This document shows positions 53,480 through 64,000 of a DNA stretch of 64,000 nt, in pieces; positions within the stretch are counted from its first letter, which is position 1; each line of letters begins with the position of its first letter. This stretch comes from Felis catus. Its lineage: Eukaryota. The stretch spans positions 219,482,001-219,546,000 of the forward strand of contig NC_058368.1 of assembly GCF_018350175.1 (NCBI RefSeq). The letters run 5' to 3'. The notes below the pieces were generated by a model. The model was given only the letters and a program-made list of their open reading frames with translations. It ran no database searches and had not been told where the DNA came from. Position numbers and translations under genes: made by a program.

Positions 53480-53850
53480 TACATTAATCTGCTTAGGGCT
53501 ATCATAGCTAAATAGCATAGACTGTTGGCTTAGACAACAGGAATGTATTTTCTCACTGTTCTGGAGGCTGAAAGTCCCAAATCAAGGTCCAGCAGATTTG
53601 GTTTCTGTTGAAAGCTCTCTTTTCCTGGCTTGCAGATACTTGCTTTCTCACTATGTTCTCACATGGCCATTCTTTAGGGTGTGCATCATGGAGGCAAGAA
53701 GAGTGAGCTCTCTTTTTGAGACTAATTTTACAGGATCAGAGCCCCATACTTATGACCTTATTTAAGCCTAATTACTCTTTAGAGGCCCCATTGCCAAGTA
53801 CAGCCAAACTGGGTGCTTTAGCATATGAATTTGAAGGGGACATAAACATT
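53480..53850 (-). mobile_element. MaLR MLT1A/B-like solo LTR with its last ~12 nt missing
   Basis: attaatctgcttagggctatcatag...tctcactgttctggaggctg...atcaaggt...catatgaatttgaaggggacataaacatt. Confidence 0.8.
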
Positions 53851-53852
53851 AC

Positions 53853-53956
53853 AAAAGAACCGTTTTGACATATGCCCGTGTACTGCATTCTTCTTAATAA
53901 GGCCTGCCCGCAGGGGAAACTAGTTAACAAGAGACCAAGTCGTTGGGGTATTAACA
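53853..53956. repeat. 104-bp inverted copy of 59137-59240
   Basis: Manual reverse-complement alignment: 100/104 identical, no gaps. Confidence 0.93.
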
Positions 53957-54789
53957 TTGAGTCTTCCAGTCTATTAACAAGTTATATTTTTCCATATATT
54001 TAGGACTTTTTTAATTATGTCAATAATGTTTTGCATATTTAAGTATAGAGATTTTAGATAGATACTGTTACAATTTCCCCTAAGTGTTTTATGTTCTTTA
54101 ATGTTATTATAAAAGGTATGCAATTTTAGTCAATTTTCCAGGTGTATTTTGCCAATATGTAAAAGTACAAGTTGTTTTGTATTTGACCTTGTATACTGTG
54201 GCCTTGATTAGTGTATTTGGCACATCTAGCATTTAAAAAATAGATTGCTTAGGTTTTTCTACACAATTAGGTTGTCTGAGTAAAGATGATTTTACCTCCC
54301 ATCTCTTCTCTTTTCCTTCCCTTCCATTCCCTTCCTGGACAATTCATTTAAATCTGAAACAGAGCAAAGTAGACATTCACTCCCAGTATTGAAAAGGTCT
54401 TAGTTGCACAGAATGATGTTTCAGAACCAAATCAGGGTAAGCAAGCATCCTTTCTTATGGCAGCCAGAAGTAGAATGTCAGAGGCTGTGCAAGGTAAGGA
54501 AACATATATAGGGAGTTGAACTGATGTGGGCAGACAGACTCAAAGATGAGTGAGGTGGGCATATGTACAGTGACCCAGCACGCACACCAGAGTAAGCAGA
54601 AGAAGGATGCCATCTGTGCTCTGGACGAACCAATATGAGGTATCAGAGCCCGGGCAAGGAGGTGCATTCTACTGAGAGAGAGGTGATGGTGGCAGATATG
54701 GGAGATTTGTTACAAGCAGAATTTATTAAATAAGGATAAATATTAAGGATTACAGTGAATCTATAGATCAAGTTGGGAAGAACTAACAT

Positions 54790-55525
54790 ATAAACAATAT
54801 TTCTGTCCATGAACATGGATAGATCTTGTATATATTGTGCTAGATTTATGCCTAAGTATTTTATTTTGGGGGGTGCCGATGTAAATGGTATTATGTTTTT
54901 AGTTACTAGTTCTACTTGTTTACTGATATTAATAGGAAAACAATTGAGTTTTATATATTAACCTTATGTCTTGTAACTTCACTATAATTGCTTCTTGGTT
55001 CCATTTTTGTTGTTGTTGTTGATTCTTTCAAGTTTTCTATGTAGATAATCATGTTACCTGTGAACAAAGACAATTTTTCCCTCCCTAATCTGTATACTTT
55101 TATTTCCTTTTCCCTTTCTTGTATATTGAATTAGCTAGAAATTCCAGTATGGTGCTGAAAAGGAATGGTGAATGGGATTATCCTTTCTAGGAGGAAAGCT
55201 TTGAGTTTTGTATTATAAATAAAATGTGACATTAACTGTAGTTTTTTGTAGATATTCTTTAACAAGTTGAAAACATTTCCCCTCCTCCTTGTTTACTGAG
55301 AGTTTTTAAGATGAATGGGTATTGGATTTGCCAAATGCTTTTGTCTATCTATTGATATAATTATTTGACATTTTTTATTTAATAAATTTTTTAATTTTAG
55401 ATCAGCCTTACGTACCTGGGATGTACAGATTTCACTTGGTTGTGGTATATAATTCTTTTTATTCATTGTTTACTTGATTAATAATATTTTCTTGAGGGAT
55501 ATTACATCTATTTTTTAAAGTTTGT

Positions 55526-55556
<31 letters not shown>

Positions 55557-55557
55557 T

Positions 55558-55597
<40 letters not shown>

Positions 55598-58500
55598 AGA
55601 GCAAGCAATGGCAGCACAGAGAGAAGGGCAGAGAAAGAATCCCAACAGGCACCACTCTGTCAATGCAGAGCTCAATGCTGGCCTCAATCTCATGAACAAG
55701 GAGATCATGACATGAACCGAAATCAAGAGTTGGATGCCCAACCAACTGAGCGACCCAGATGCCCCTTACACTTATTTTTTTGAAATATGACCCCCATTTT
55801 TTTATAATGCCTCTGTCTGGTTTTGGTGTTAAGGTAATACTGGTTTCATAGATGAATTACAAAGTATTGCCTCTGCTTCTCTCTTCTGAAAGAGATTGTA
55901 AAGAATTGGTGTAATTTCTACTTTAAATGGTTGGTAGAGCCATTTGAGCCAGATGGCTGAATCACCAAATCACAAACCTTTCTGCTCTGTAAGATGATTA
56001 ATTATTTAATTTCCTTAATATATATGTTCCTATTGAGATTCTCTTTTGCTTCTTGTGTGAGGTTTAACAGATTGTGTCTCTCAAGGAATTGATCCATTAC
56101 ATTTAGGTTATCAAATTTGTGGGCATGAAATTATTCATAGTATCCTTTAGTATACTTTTTATGACCATGGGATTGGTATGATGTCCCCTCTTCATTTATG
56201 ATGCTAGTAATTTGTGTCGTTTGGTTCTTTTTCCTTAGCCTGGGTGGGAGCTTATGAATTTTATTGAAATTTGTCATAAAACCAGCTTTTTTTTTGCATT
56301 GATGTTCTGTATTGACTTCTTGTTTTAAGTATCACTGACTTCTGCTTTTTCTCTTCTGTTTACTTTATAATTAATTTGCTCTTCTCTTTTTAAGTTCCTA
56401 AGGTGGAAAGTTAGATAATTGATTTTAGATATTTTTTTTTCTTTTCTACTATATACTTTCAATGCTGTAAATTTCCAAGCTCTGCTTTCAGTGCATCCCA
56501 CACATTTTAATATGTTTTCATTTCATTAAGTTTGCATTTTCATTTCATTAAGTTTATCATAATATGCTTATACGTATGTGTTATTTAGAAGTAGGTTGTT
56601 TAATCTCCACATTTTTGGGAATATCCCAGTTATATTCCTATTATTGATTTCTAGTTTGATTCCAATGTGATCTGAGAGCAGGTGTTGTATGATTCTATTC
56701 TATTAAAAATGTTAAATGTTTTTTTATGGCCCAAATTGTGGTTTATTTTGATGAATGTTCCATGTTAGCCTGAAGAGAATGTATATTCAGCTGTTGCTGG
56801 ATAAAATATCTATAGATATCAGTTATATCCAGGTGATTGCTTGTGCTGTTGAGTTCACTTTGTCTTTACTGGTTTTCTGCCTGCTGATCCTGTCTATTTC
56901 TGGTAGAGGGATATTGAAGTCTCTATGATAGTAGATTCATCTATTTCTCCTTGCAGTTCTATTAGTTTTTGCCTCATGTAGTCTGATGCTCTCTTGTTAG
57001 GCTCATACACATTATGAATCGTTCTGTCTTCTTGGAGCACTGACACTTCTATCATTATGTAATGCCCTATTTTATCACTGATAACCACCATTGCTTTTAA
57101 GTCTGCTCTATCTGAAATTGATATGGCTACTCCTTTCTAATATTAACTAAAAGTGCTTTCTTTTGATTAGCTTAAGCATGGTATATTTTTCTGCATCCAT
57201 TTACTTTTAATCTATATGTGTCTTTATATTTAAAATTAGTGTCTTATAGACAACATATACCTAGGTTTTGTTTTCTGATCCACTGTGGCAGTCTCTGTCT
57301 TTTAATTGGCGGATTTAGACCATTTATTTTCAAACTGATTATTGATATTGATGGATTAATACTACCATATCACTTACTGTTTTCTATTTGCTGCCATTTT
57401 TCTTTGTTCCTATTTTAGTCTTCCACTCTTCTGACTTTTTCTGGTCTTAATTGAGAACTGTATATAATTCCATTTTCTGTCTTTTCTTAGCATATTGGTT
57501 ATACTTCTTTTTTTTTTTTTTTCTTTAGCCGTTGCCCTAAAGTTTGCAATATATACTTACAGCTAATCCAAGTTCACTTTCAAATAACACTGTACCAGGG
57601 GCACCTGGGTGGCCCAGTCAGTTAAGCATCTGACTACAGCTCAAGCCATGATCTCATGGTGTGTGATTTCAAGCCCCACATAGGGCTCTGTGCTGACAGC
57701 TCAGAGCCTGGAGCCTGCTTCGGATTCTGTGTCTCCCTCTCTGTCTGCCCCTCCCCCACTCACACTCTGTCTCTGTCTCTCAAAAATAAACATTGAAAAC
57801 AAATTTAAAAAAGTAATACTGTATCACTTTCCAAATAATGAGATTTTTATAACAAAATAATTATTTCTCCTATGCATCTTTTGTATAATCACTGTCATTC
57901 ATTTTACTTATATATAAGCCCACATAAACATTTACATGAATTATATGCAAAATCATAGACATTCAAATACATTATTGGTATTATTATTTTGAAAAAAAGT
58001 TATCTATTAGATCAATTAAGAATAAGAAAAACAAAAAAGTTTTTATTTTACCTTCACCCATTCCTTCTCCAGTGCTGTTGTTTACTTTCTGTAGATCTGA
58101 GTTTCTAACTGATACTATTTTCCTTTTTTCTAAAGATCTTCTTTGAACATTTCTTGCCAGTCAGGCAGGTCTACTGGCAACAAATTCCCTCAATTTTTGT
58201 TTGAGAATATCTTTATTTCTCCTTCACTTTTGAAGTGAATAATTTCAGGGTACAGAATTCTAGGTGGTAGTTTTGTTTTTTTTTTTTCCTGTCAGCACTT
58301 TAAATATTCCCCTCCACTAACTTCTTTCTTGCATAATTTTTGAGGAGAAGCCGACATAATACTCATCTTTATTCCTCCATAGGTCAAATTCCTTCCTTTT
58401 TTGGTATTCCAGTTAAACACATGTTACACCTTTTGTAGTTGCTTCACAGTCCTTGGATAATTTTGTTCTGTTCCTTCCAATCTTTTCGTGTTTGCTTTCC

Positions 58501-59669
58501 AATTTTTGAGGATTCTGTTCATATATACTGGCTCAGAGATTTTCTCCTCAGCTATGCGCAGTCTGCTAATGATCCCATCAGAGGCAACTTCAGTTTTGTG
58601 ACATTTTTTGTTGTTGTTATCTCTAGCATTTCTTTTTGGTTCTTTCTTGGGATTTCTATCTCTCTGCTTACATTGCCCATCTGTTCTTGCTTGCTGTCTA
58701 CTTTCTTCATTAGATCCTTTAGCCTATTAATCATAGTTGTTCTAAATTCCCATTTTGATTATTCTAACATCTCTAATATGTCTAGTTCTGATGCCTGCTC
58801 TGTCTCTTCAAACTGTGGTTTTGTTTTTGTTTTTGGTTTTTTTGCATTAGAGTATGCCTTGCATTTCTGTTTGTTTGTTTTCTTCATAGCTGGACGTGAT
58901 TCACTGGATACATAGTCCTTTGTTAATGTGATGATGAAGTGTGAGGGGAAGGGAAGCATTCTATAAGTGATCCTGTACCTCTGGACTTTCAACCTCCCAA
59001 ATGTTTCCCGGTTTTTTCTCCTCCACTTCGGTCAGAATGGCTAGAATATCTTGGTGTTGAGTGATTATATTCTCCCAAGTGGACGGTTAGAGCTGACTGG
59101 AGTTGGGCATCTCCACTTCCCGGGACACTTAGATCCTGTTAATACCCCGACGACTTGGTCTCTTGTTAACTAGTTTCCCCTGAGGGCAGGCCTTACTAAG
59201 AAGAATGCAGTACACGGGCATATGTCAAAATGGTTCTTTTTCTTCTTCCTCTGCTGGGAGCCGGAGGGGATTTTTCTCAGATAATTACTGTGGAAACCTG
59301 CCGGAGCTCCTGGAGGAAAATCTCACAGTTCTGTGAGAAACTCCCCCATAACTACGTCCTCTTGGTGTTTTAACTCAGAGTCGTCCTCACTGCACTTCCA
59401 TCCACTCATCCATTACAGTCCCGGTGGCCACCCTGGCACAGGTTCCTTTGTTGGTTTCAGCTCATGAATCTCTGATTCATTAAGTGGATTCCCTGTGATT
59501 GCCTTTCTGTCTCCAATCTTGAGGGCAGTAGTTTGCCCTACCCTGTGTCTTACCCTCTCTTTGGGACCCAAGAAGAGCTGTTGATCCTTCAATCTTTTGA
59601 GCTTTCTTGTTAAAGTTAAGATTGAGGGAACTTCTAAGATTTTCATAGGCTGAACTGGAAACAAGAAGT
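54790..59669 (-). mobile_element. Old L1MC/MD-type 5' portion (5'UTR, ORF1, ORF2 EN to RT), interrupted by SINECs at ~55510-55765 (-) and 57598-57812 (+)
   Basis: ORF-track remnants GHYIMIEVSVLQEDRTIHNVYEPNKRASDYMRQKL (EN) and KVDSKQEQMGNVSREIE (ORF1 coiled coil). Confidence 0.85.
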
Positions 59670-59686
59670 TTTTCTTATTTATGTAT

Positions 59687-59721
<35 letters not shown>

Positions 59722-59737
59722 TATTTAAAAGCTTTTT

Positions 59738-59898
59738 ATAAGAGACTCTTAAAAACTGAGAACAAACTGAGGGCTGATGGGGGGTGGGAGGGAGGGGAGG
59801 GTGGGGGATGGGTATTGAGGAGGGCACCTTTTGGGATGAGCACTGGGTGTTGTATGGAAACCAATTTGACAATAAATTTCATATATTGAAAAAAAAAA
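59738..59898 (+). mobile_element. ~160-bp 5'-truncated felid L1 3' end
   Basis: Nearly identical to 7113-7265; TSD taaaagcttttt (59726-59737 / 59899-59910). Confidence 0.93.
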
Positions 59899-59913
59899 TA
59901 AAAGCTTTTTGAT

Positions 59914-60128
59914 GGGTGCCTGGTGGCTCAGTCGATTGAGCATCCAATTCGAGTTGGATTCAGGTCATGATCCCAGGGTCATGGAATTGAGCCCCAAGTT
60001 GAGGTCCACACTAAGCCTGGAGCCTGCTGGGATTTTCCATCTCTGTCCTTCGGCCCTTCCCCCCCCCCCCCTCACTGTGCTGTCTCTCTCTCTCTCTCTC
60101 TCTCTCTCTAATAATAATTTAAAAAAAA
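59914..60128 (+). mobile_element. SINEC (older)
   Basis: gggtgcctggtggctcagtcgattgagc head, CT tract and tail. Confidence 0.88.
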
Positions 60129-60340
60129 TTTTTGATTGTGAAATGAATACAAATTTATACCAAACACATATTTATGAAGTGAATAAGATATAATATGAAA
60201 TTTATGTTAACCACCCTGATATTTCTGCTTTCAAATTCCATATATTCTGTTGCATTCATATTTTTACTATAGATATTCTATATAAATATTTTACTATATA
60301 TATAATATCAGCATTACCTTTACATATTATATATATATAC

Positions 60341-60375
<35 letters not shown>

Positions 60376-60409
60376 TAGTACTTTTGAACATTAAATGATA
60401 AAAGTAATA

Positions 60410-60640
60410 CTAGTTACCATTTATTGGGGCCATAGTGCATACCAGTTATTGCTATGCCACTTTAGATGCTAAAATTTACACAATGTTTTGCGACCCAAGG
60501 ATTCCTATTTCTATTTACCAACCAGAAACTGAAGCTTAGAGGAGCTAGGTTAAAGCTACTTATTTAGCTAGTAAGTTATATAGCTAGGATTCAAATCTAA
60601 GACTATATTACCGGGAAACTTAGATTATTTAACTATAGTA
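60410..60640 (-). mobile_element. MIR fragment
   Basis: MIR core gaaactgaagcttagagga...aggttaa...agctagtaag...agctaggattcaaatc. Confidence 0.65.
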
Positions 60641-61329
60641 TATTAGTATATTAGTAAAATGTACAAAAATCACAGAGAAAATGCAACTTTATTTTTATGG
60701 GTAGGGTTTTTATCGAATACATAAATTTATCAGCCTGAAATTTTCAACCTGAAATTACTTTACTCTTAAAATACAACTATTTATAGACGAAAGAATTCTG
60801 AGTTTCAACTTCAATGCACATCAGCAGTCAAGATTCCTTGAAAACATGATCTAATCTCCTAGATTTCATATTTTTGAAGGGAAAAATAACATCTATTTAT
60901 GCAAGTTGTAATTTTGAAAGTCAAAATTAGATAATGAATATGCAACCTTTGAAAAATCCATCACACCACATCCAAATATCCAGTGTTAATACAATTTAGG
61001 GCACATCAGTGAGAAAACCACAATAGTTTGTGACCAACAGGATATTTAATTCAGTCCAATTTTAATTATATAAATGAAGAGTCTAAAGAAAATATTCAGA
61101 AATGGAAGTAGCAGCCTAAGTAAAAATTATATATTGGCCATGTGCTTCTTTCCCAGAATATTTTCCTCCTGGCCTGTTTAATATGCCAGAAACATCTAAG
61201 CCAAAGGAACTGTGTAGAATATTGCACAGAGATATACGCACACACAGAGAACTGGAATTAGTTCCAAATAAAACAGAATTTCTTTATTTTAATATAATCA
61301 GCAAAGGTAAAGAAACTCTTGCTTCTATT

Positions 61330-61426
61330 TTGTTTTTCAAAGATTTTACTTTTCTGCGTGGGCCTCGAACTCACAACCCCGACATCAAGAGTTGCATGCT
61401 CCACCAACTGAGCCAATGAGGTGCCC
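61330..61426 (-). mobile_element. Short tRNA-like SINEC
   Basis: gggcctcgaactcacaaccccgacatcaagagttgcatgctccaccaactgagcca...ggtgccc. Confidence 0.75.
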
Positions 61427-62168
61427 TTAAGAAAATCTTGCTTTTAGCTGAGTGGCTGCAATCATGGGTTGCTAAAGTAAAATCGTCAAAAGATGTTAAG
61501 TTAAAGACACAAATGGTTAGATGGTCACAATTTGGAGATATAATAATGAAAACTGGTAAGTCACTTAAGAGCAATGATAGCAAAGTAACAAAATATTTTT
61601 AAAAATCACACTTTAAATCATGGAAAATACAATTTATTCTCTAGCCAAAAGTGATATTGCTACTGAAATCTGGCCTATAAAATAAACAGAACTTTTTCCA
61701 CTTTATCAGTTAAACAGTTCCCAAAGAAAATTTTCAATCTTTGTTTTTTGAATAGTGCTTTTAAACTAGATCACATTTCTCTCTTAGGAAATTTAGACTG
61801 TGTTCTCAAAGCATCATTTTGCAAGCAGATTTTTTTTTTCTTTAAAATACAGCAATTATTGTTGTAAACTGTTTCATTGTCAGATATATCTGTTTCTGGT
61901 AATATTTTTACCACAGATTTTCTTTTTTTACAATACACTATTTTTCTCTTCCCTGCCCATGATATATTTTCAATTGACCGGAAACCTTTTGAATTTACCC
62001 TTCCAATAAACACGTTTCTCAAGATAGAGTATTGCAGTGTAAATCAGTCCAATAGTGAAATGTCTGACAGAAGTGTTGATTGGATATTGATCTAGGGTCA
62101 ATTTATGCATATTGTAACTATGCATTCATTGGTTAAAAAAAGTAATTCTTAAGAATGTTTCTTTTATG

Positions 62169-62388
62169 GGGGTGCCTGGGTGGCTCAGTCGGTTAAGCGG
62201 CCGACTTCGGCTCAGGTCACGATCTTGCACTCTGTGAGTTCGAGCCCCGCGTCGGGCTCTGTGCTGACAGCTCAGAGCCTGGAGCCTGTTTCAGATTCTG
62301 TGTCTCCCTCTCTCTCTGACCCTCCCCCGTTCATGCTCTGTCTCTCCCTGTCTCAAAAATAAATAAACGTTAAAAAAAAAAATTTTTT
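62169..62388 (+). mobile_element. SINEC (felid)
   Basis: TSD aagaatgtttcttttatg. Confidence 0.95.
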
Positions 62389-62844
62389 AAAGAATGTTTC
62401 TTTTATGTGCCGAGATATACATTTGTATACACAGATTTCTAACTAAAAATGTCACAACCAAATAATAAATTTCAACAGATGTCTATTCGTTACTAAAATT
62501 GGCTGTGATATACAGCTTGGCTAACCTGAGTTTTTGTAGGATGATTTGCTTGAAGAGTAAAATAACCAACCACAGCCTATTTTCTTTATCTGTGTATTTA
62601 CACTAACAAGGGGAAAATGATTCCTATGATACCTATTTCCTAACAGTATGTTTATTTGTGTGCACTAATAAAGCAAAGTAGGGAATCAAGTGAATGTTTT
62701 TATAAGAATAATTGTCCTACCAAAGGGATAAGTTAAAACAAATAATTCACACCATGCAGTAGTCCCCACCAGCCCTCTGCCCCACTAAGCCACCCTAAGT
62801 AAAATGCTTGTTAAAAAGGATAAGGTACAAAAGAAAAATCACTA

Positions 62845-63069
62845 GGGGCGCCTGGGTGGCGCAGTCGGTTGGGCGTCCAACTTCAGCCAGGTCACGATCT
62901 CGCGGTCTGTGAGTTCGAGCCCCGCAACAGGCTCTGGGCTGATGGCTCGGATCCTGGAGCCTGTTTCCGATTCTGTGTCTCCCTCTCTCTCTGCCCCTCC
63001 CCCGTTCATGCTCTGTCTCTCTCTGTCCCAAAAATAAATAAAAACGTTGAAAAAAAAATTTAAAAAAAA
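62845..63069 (+). mobile_element. Young SINEC_Fc-type SINE
   Basis: Perfect 16-bp TSD aaaagaaaaatcacta (62829-62844 / 63070-63085) and a long A-tail. Confidence 0.95.
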
Positions 63070-64000
63070 AAAAGAAAAATCACTAAAAAAGTTAAAAAAA
63101 AAAATGAAATCAGGACACTGAATTAGATAGGACCAGGCACATGAGAAAAGATCCCAGATCTTAAAACACGTTAATATAAAATAGTCCCATAACTAATGTG
63201 ATATATTACATTTCATATTAGCAGGTCACAGCAGTGTAAAACGAAGGCTTCCCCATATTGAACCCAGATTCTAACATTGTGTACATATTTGTAATTGTGT
63301 ATTGAACCAAACTTCTATAAATTATAATAATTTGGATACCCTTACTTATAGTATTTGATTTTTTTTTTCCTTCTCTGTTCCTTCTCCTCTTTGGATTTCT
63401 ATGCTGATATATTCATTTCTTGACTTTGACTGTTTTGTTTGTTCAGTCTGAAAAGCATATTCTGAGAAAGGGCATGAATTTTAGTATCTCTTAAATATAT
63501 ACTAACTCCATTTGAGGACTGAATACTTTTCAATATAAAGTGTGGTCATCTAAAATTTAAAAAATGTAGTTTTCTAAATTAGTTCTCCAAATTAATTATG
63601 ATCTTTAAGATTTTCATCCGAATAAACTTTATTAGTTACTTAATTTCTTATAATTATTCTGTCATAGTGACTTTGCTTGCTAAACACATAATAGTTTGGA
63701 AGAATATTTGAAACTATGATTGTTCTGGAAAATTTGGAATCCTGATCATAGCTTATAATGAACTACTATATAAATATAATTATCTAAATTCTGTATGTAA
63801 TCTCTGTATAACCAAATGTTCTGAGATTATAAAATATACTAGCATTGTATTAACCTAGGTAAGTTACAGAAAATGCTCCAAAACACAGTAATTTTCAACG
63901 TTACTGAAAATCTTACAGATCTTCAACACTTAAATGGTCTTTGTTTTAAAATATACTTATTTTATTATTCTCAATTTAAAGAATACAGTCTTTTCCCCAA

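Larger units (their letters stand above)
51400..54300 (-). mobile_element. Old L1M 3' region, fragmented by microsatellites, a SINEC (53030-53267, TSD ccatgttacttt) and an MLT LTR
   Basis: Antisense L1 phrases (gttccagttgatgggcattcgg; ttagtcaaaaatcagttgacc; ttgagtcttccagtct). Confidence 0.7.

Noticed and set aside
58439..58915. 158-aa hydrophobic ORF as a membrane protein
   Set aside because: Antisense reading of A-rich L1M ORF1 gives Phe/Leu/Ser bias.
61330..61426. Possible tRNA gene
   Set aside because: tRNA-derived SINE head with a T-rich tail; no intact cloverleaf.
24614..64000. Next CDH10 exon (expected to begin LHSD...)
   Set aside because: Not found by eye or in the ORF track; presumably lies beyond the window.

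Overview
Mammalian genomic DNA from a felid (cat family), judged from its carnivore tRNA-derived SINEC elements, young Felis-type SINEC_Fc copies and a felid-type LINE-1. The only host coding sequence is the first coding exon of cadherin-10 (CDH10, + strand, CDS 24383-24613). The rest is intronic: CDH10 intron upstream of this exon and >39 kb of the next intron, with no following exon seen. The window is dense in repeats: one full-length but dead L1 (1147-7272), old L1M fragments, about 30 SINECs, MaLR LTRs, hAT MITEs, MIR/L2 and microsatellites. I found no evidence of a novel multi-gene system. The best observations are mechanistic: (1) the L1's target-site duplication also encloses ~200 nt of foreign upstream sequence, an apparent 5' transduction; (2) a 104-bp, 100/104-identical inverted copy of an ancient L1M segment sits ~5.2 kb from its source, an apparent templated insertion; (3) uORFs in the CDH10 exon; (4) several unusual nested or tail-less retroposon insertions. 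Repeat family names come from memory of consensus sequences, not from a database search, and most repeat boundaries are approximate.
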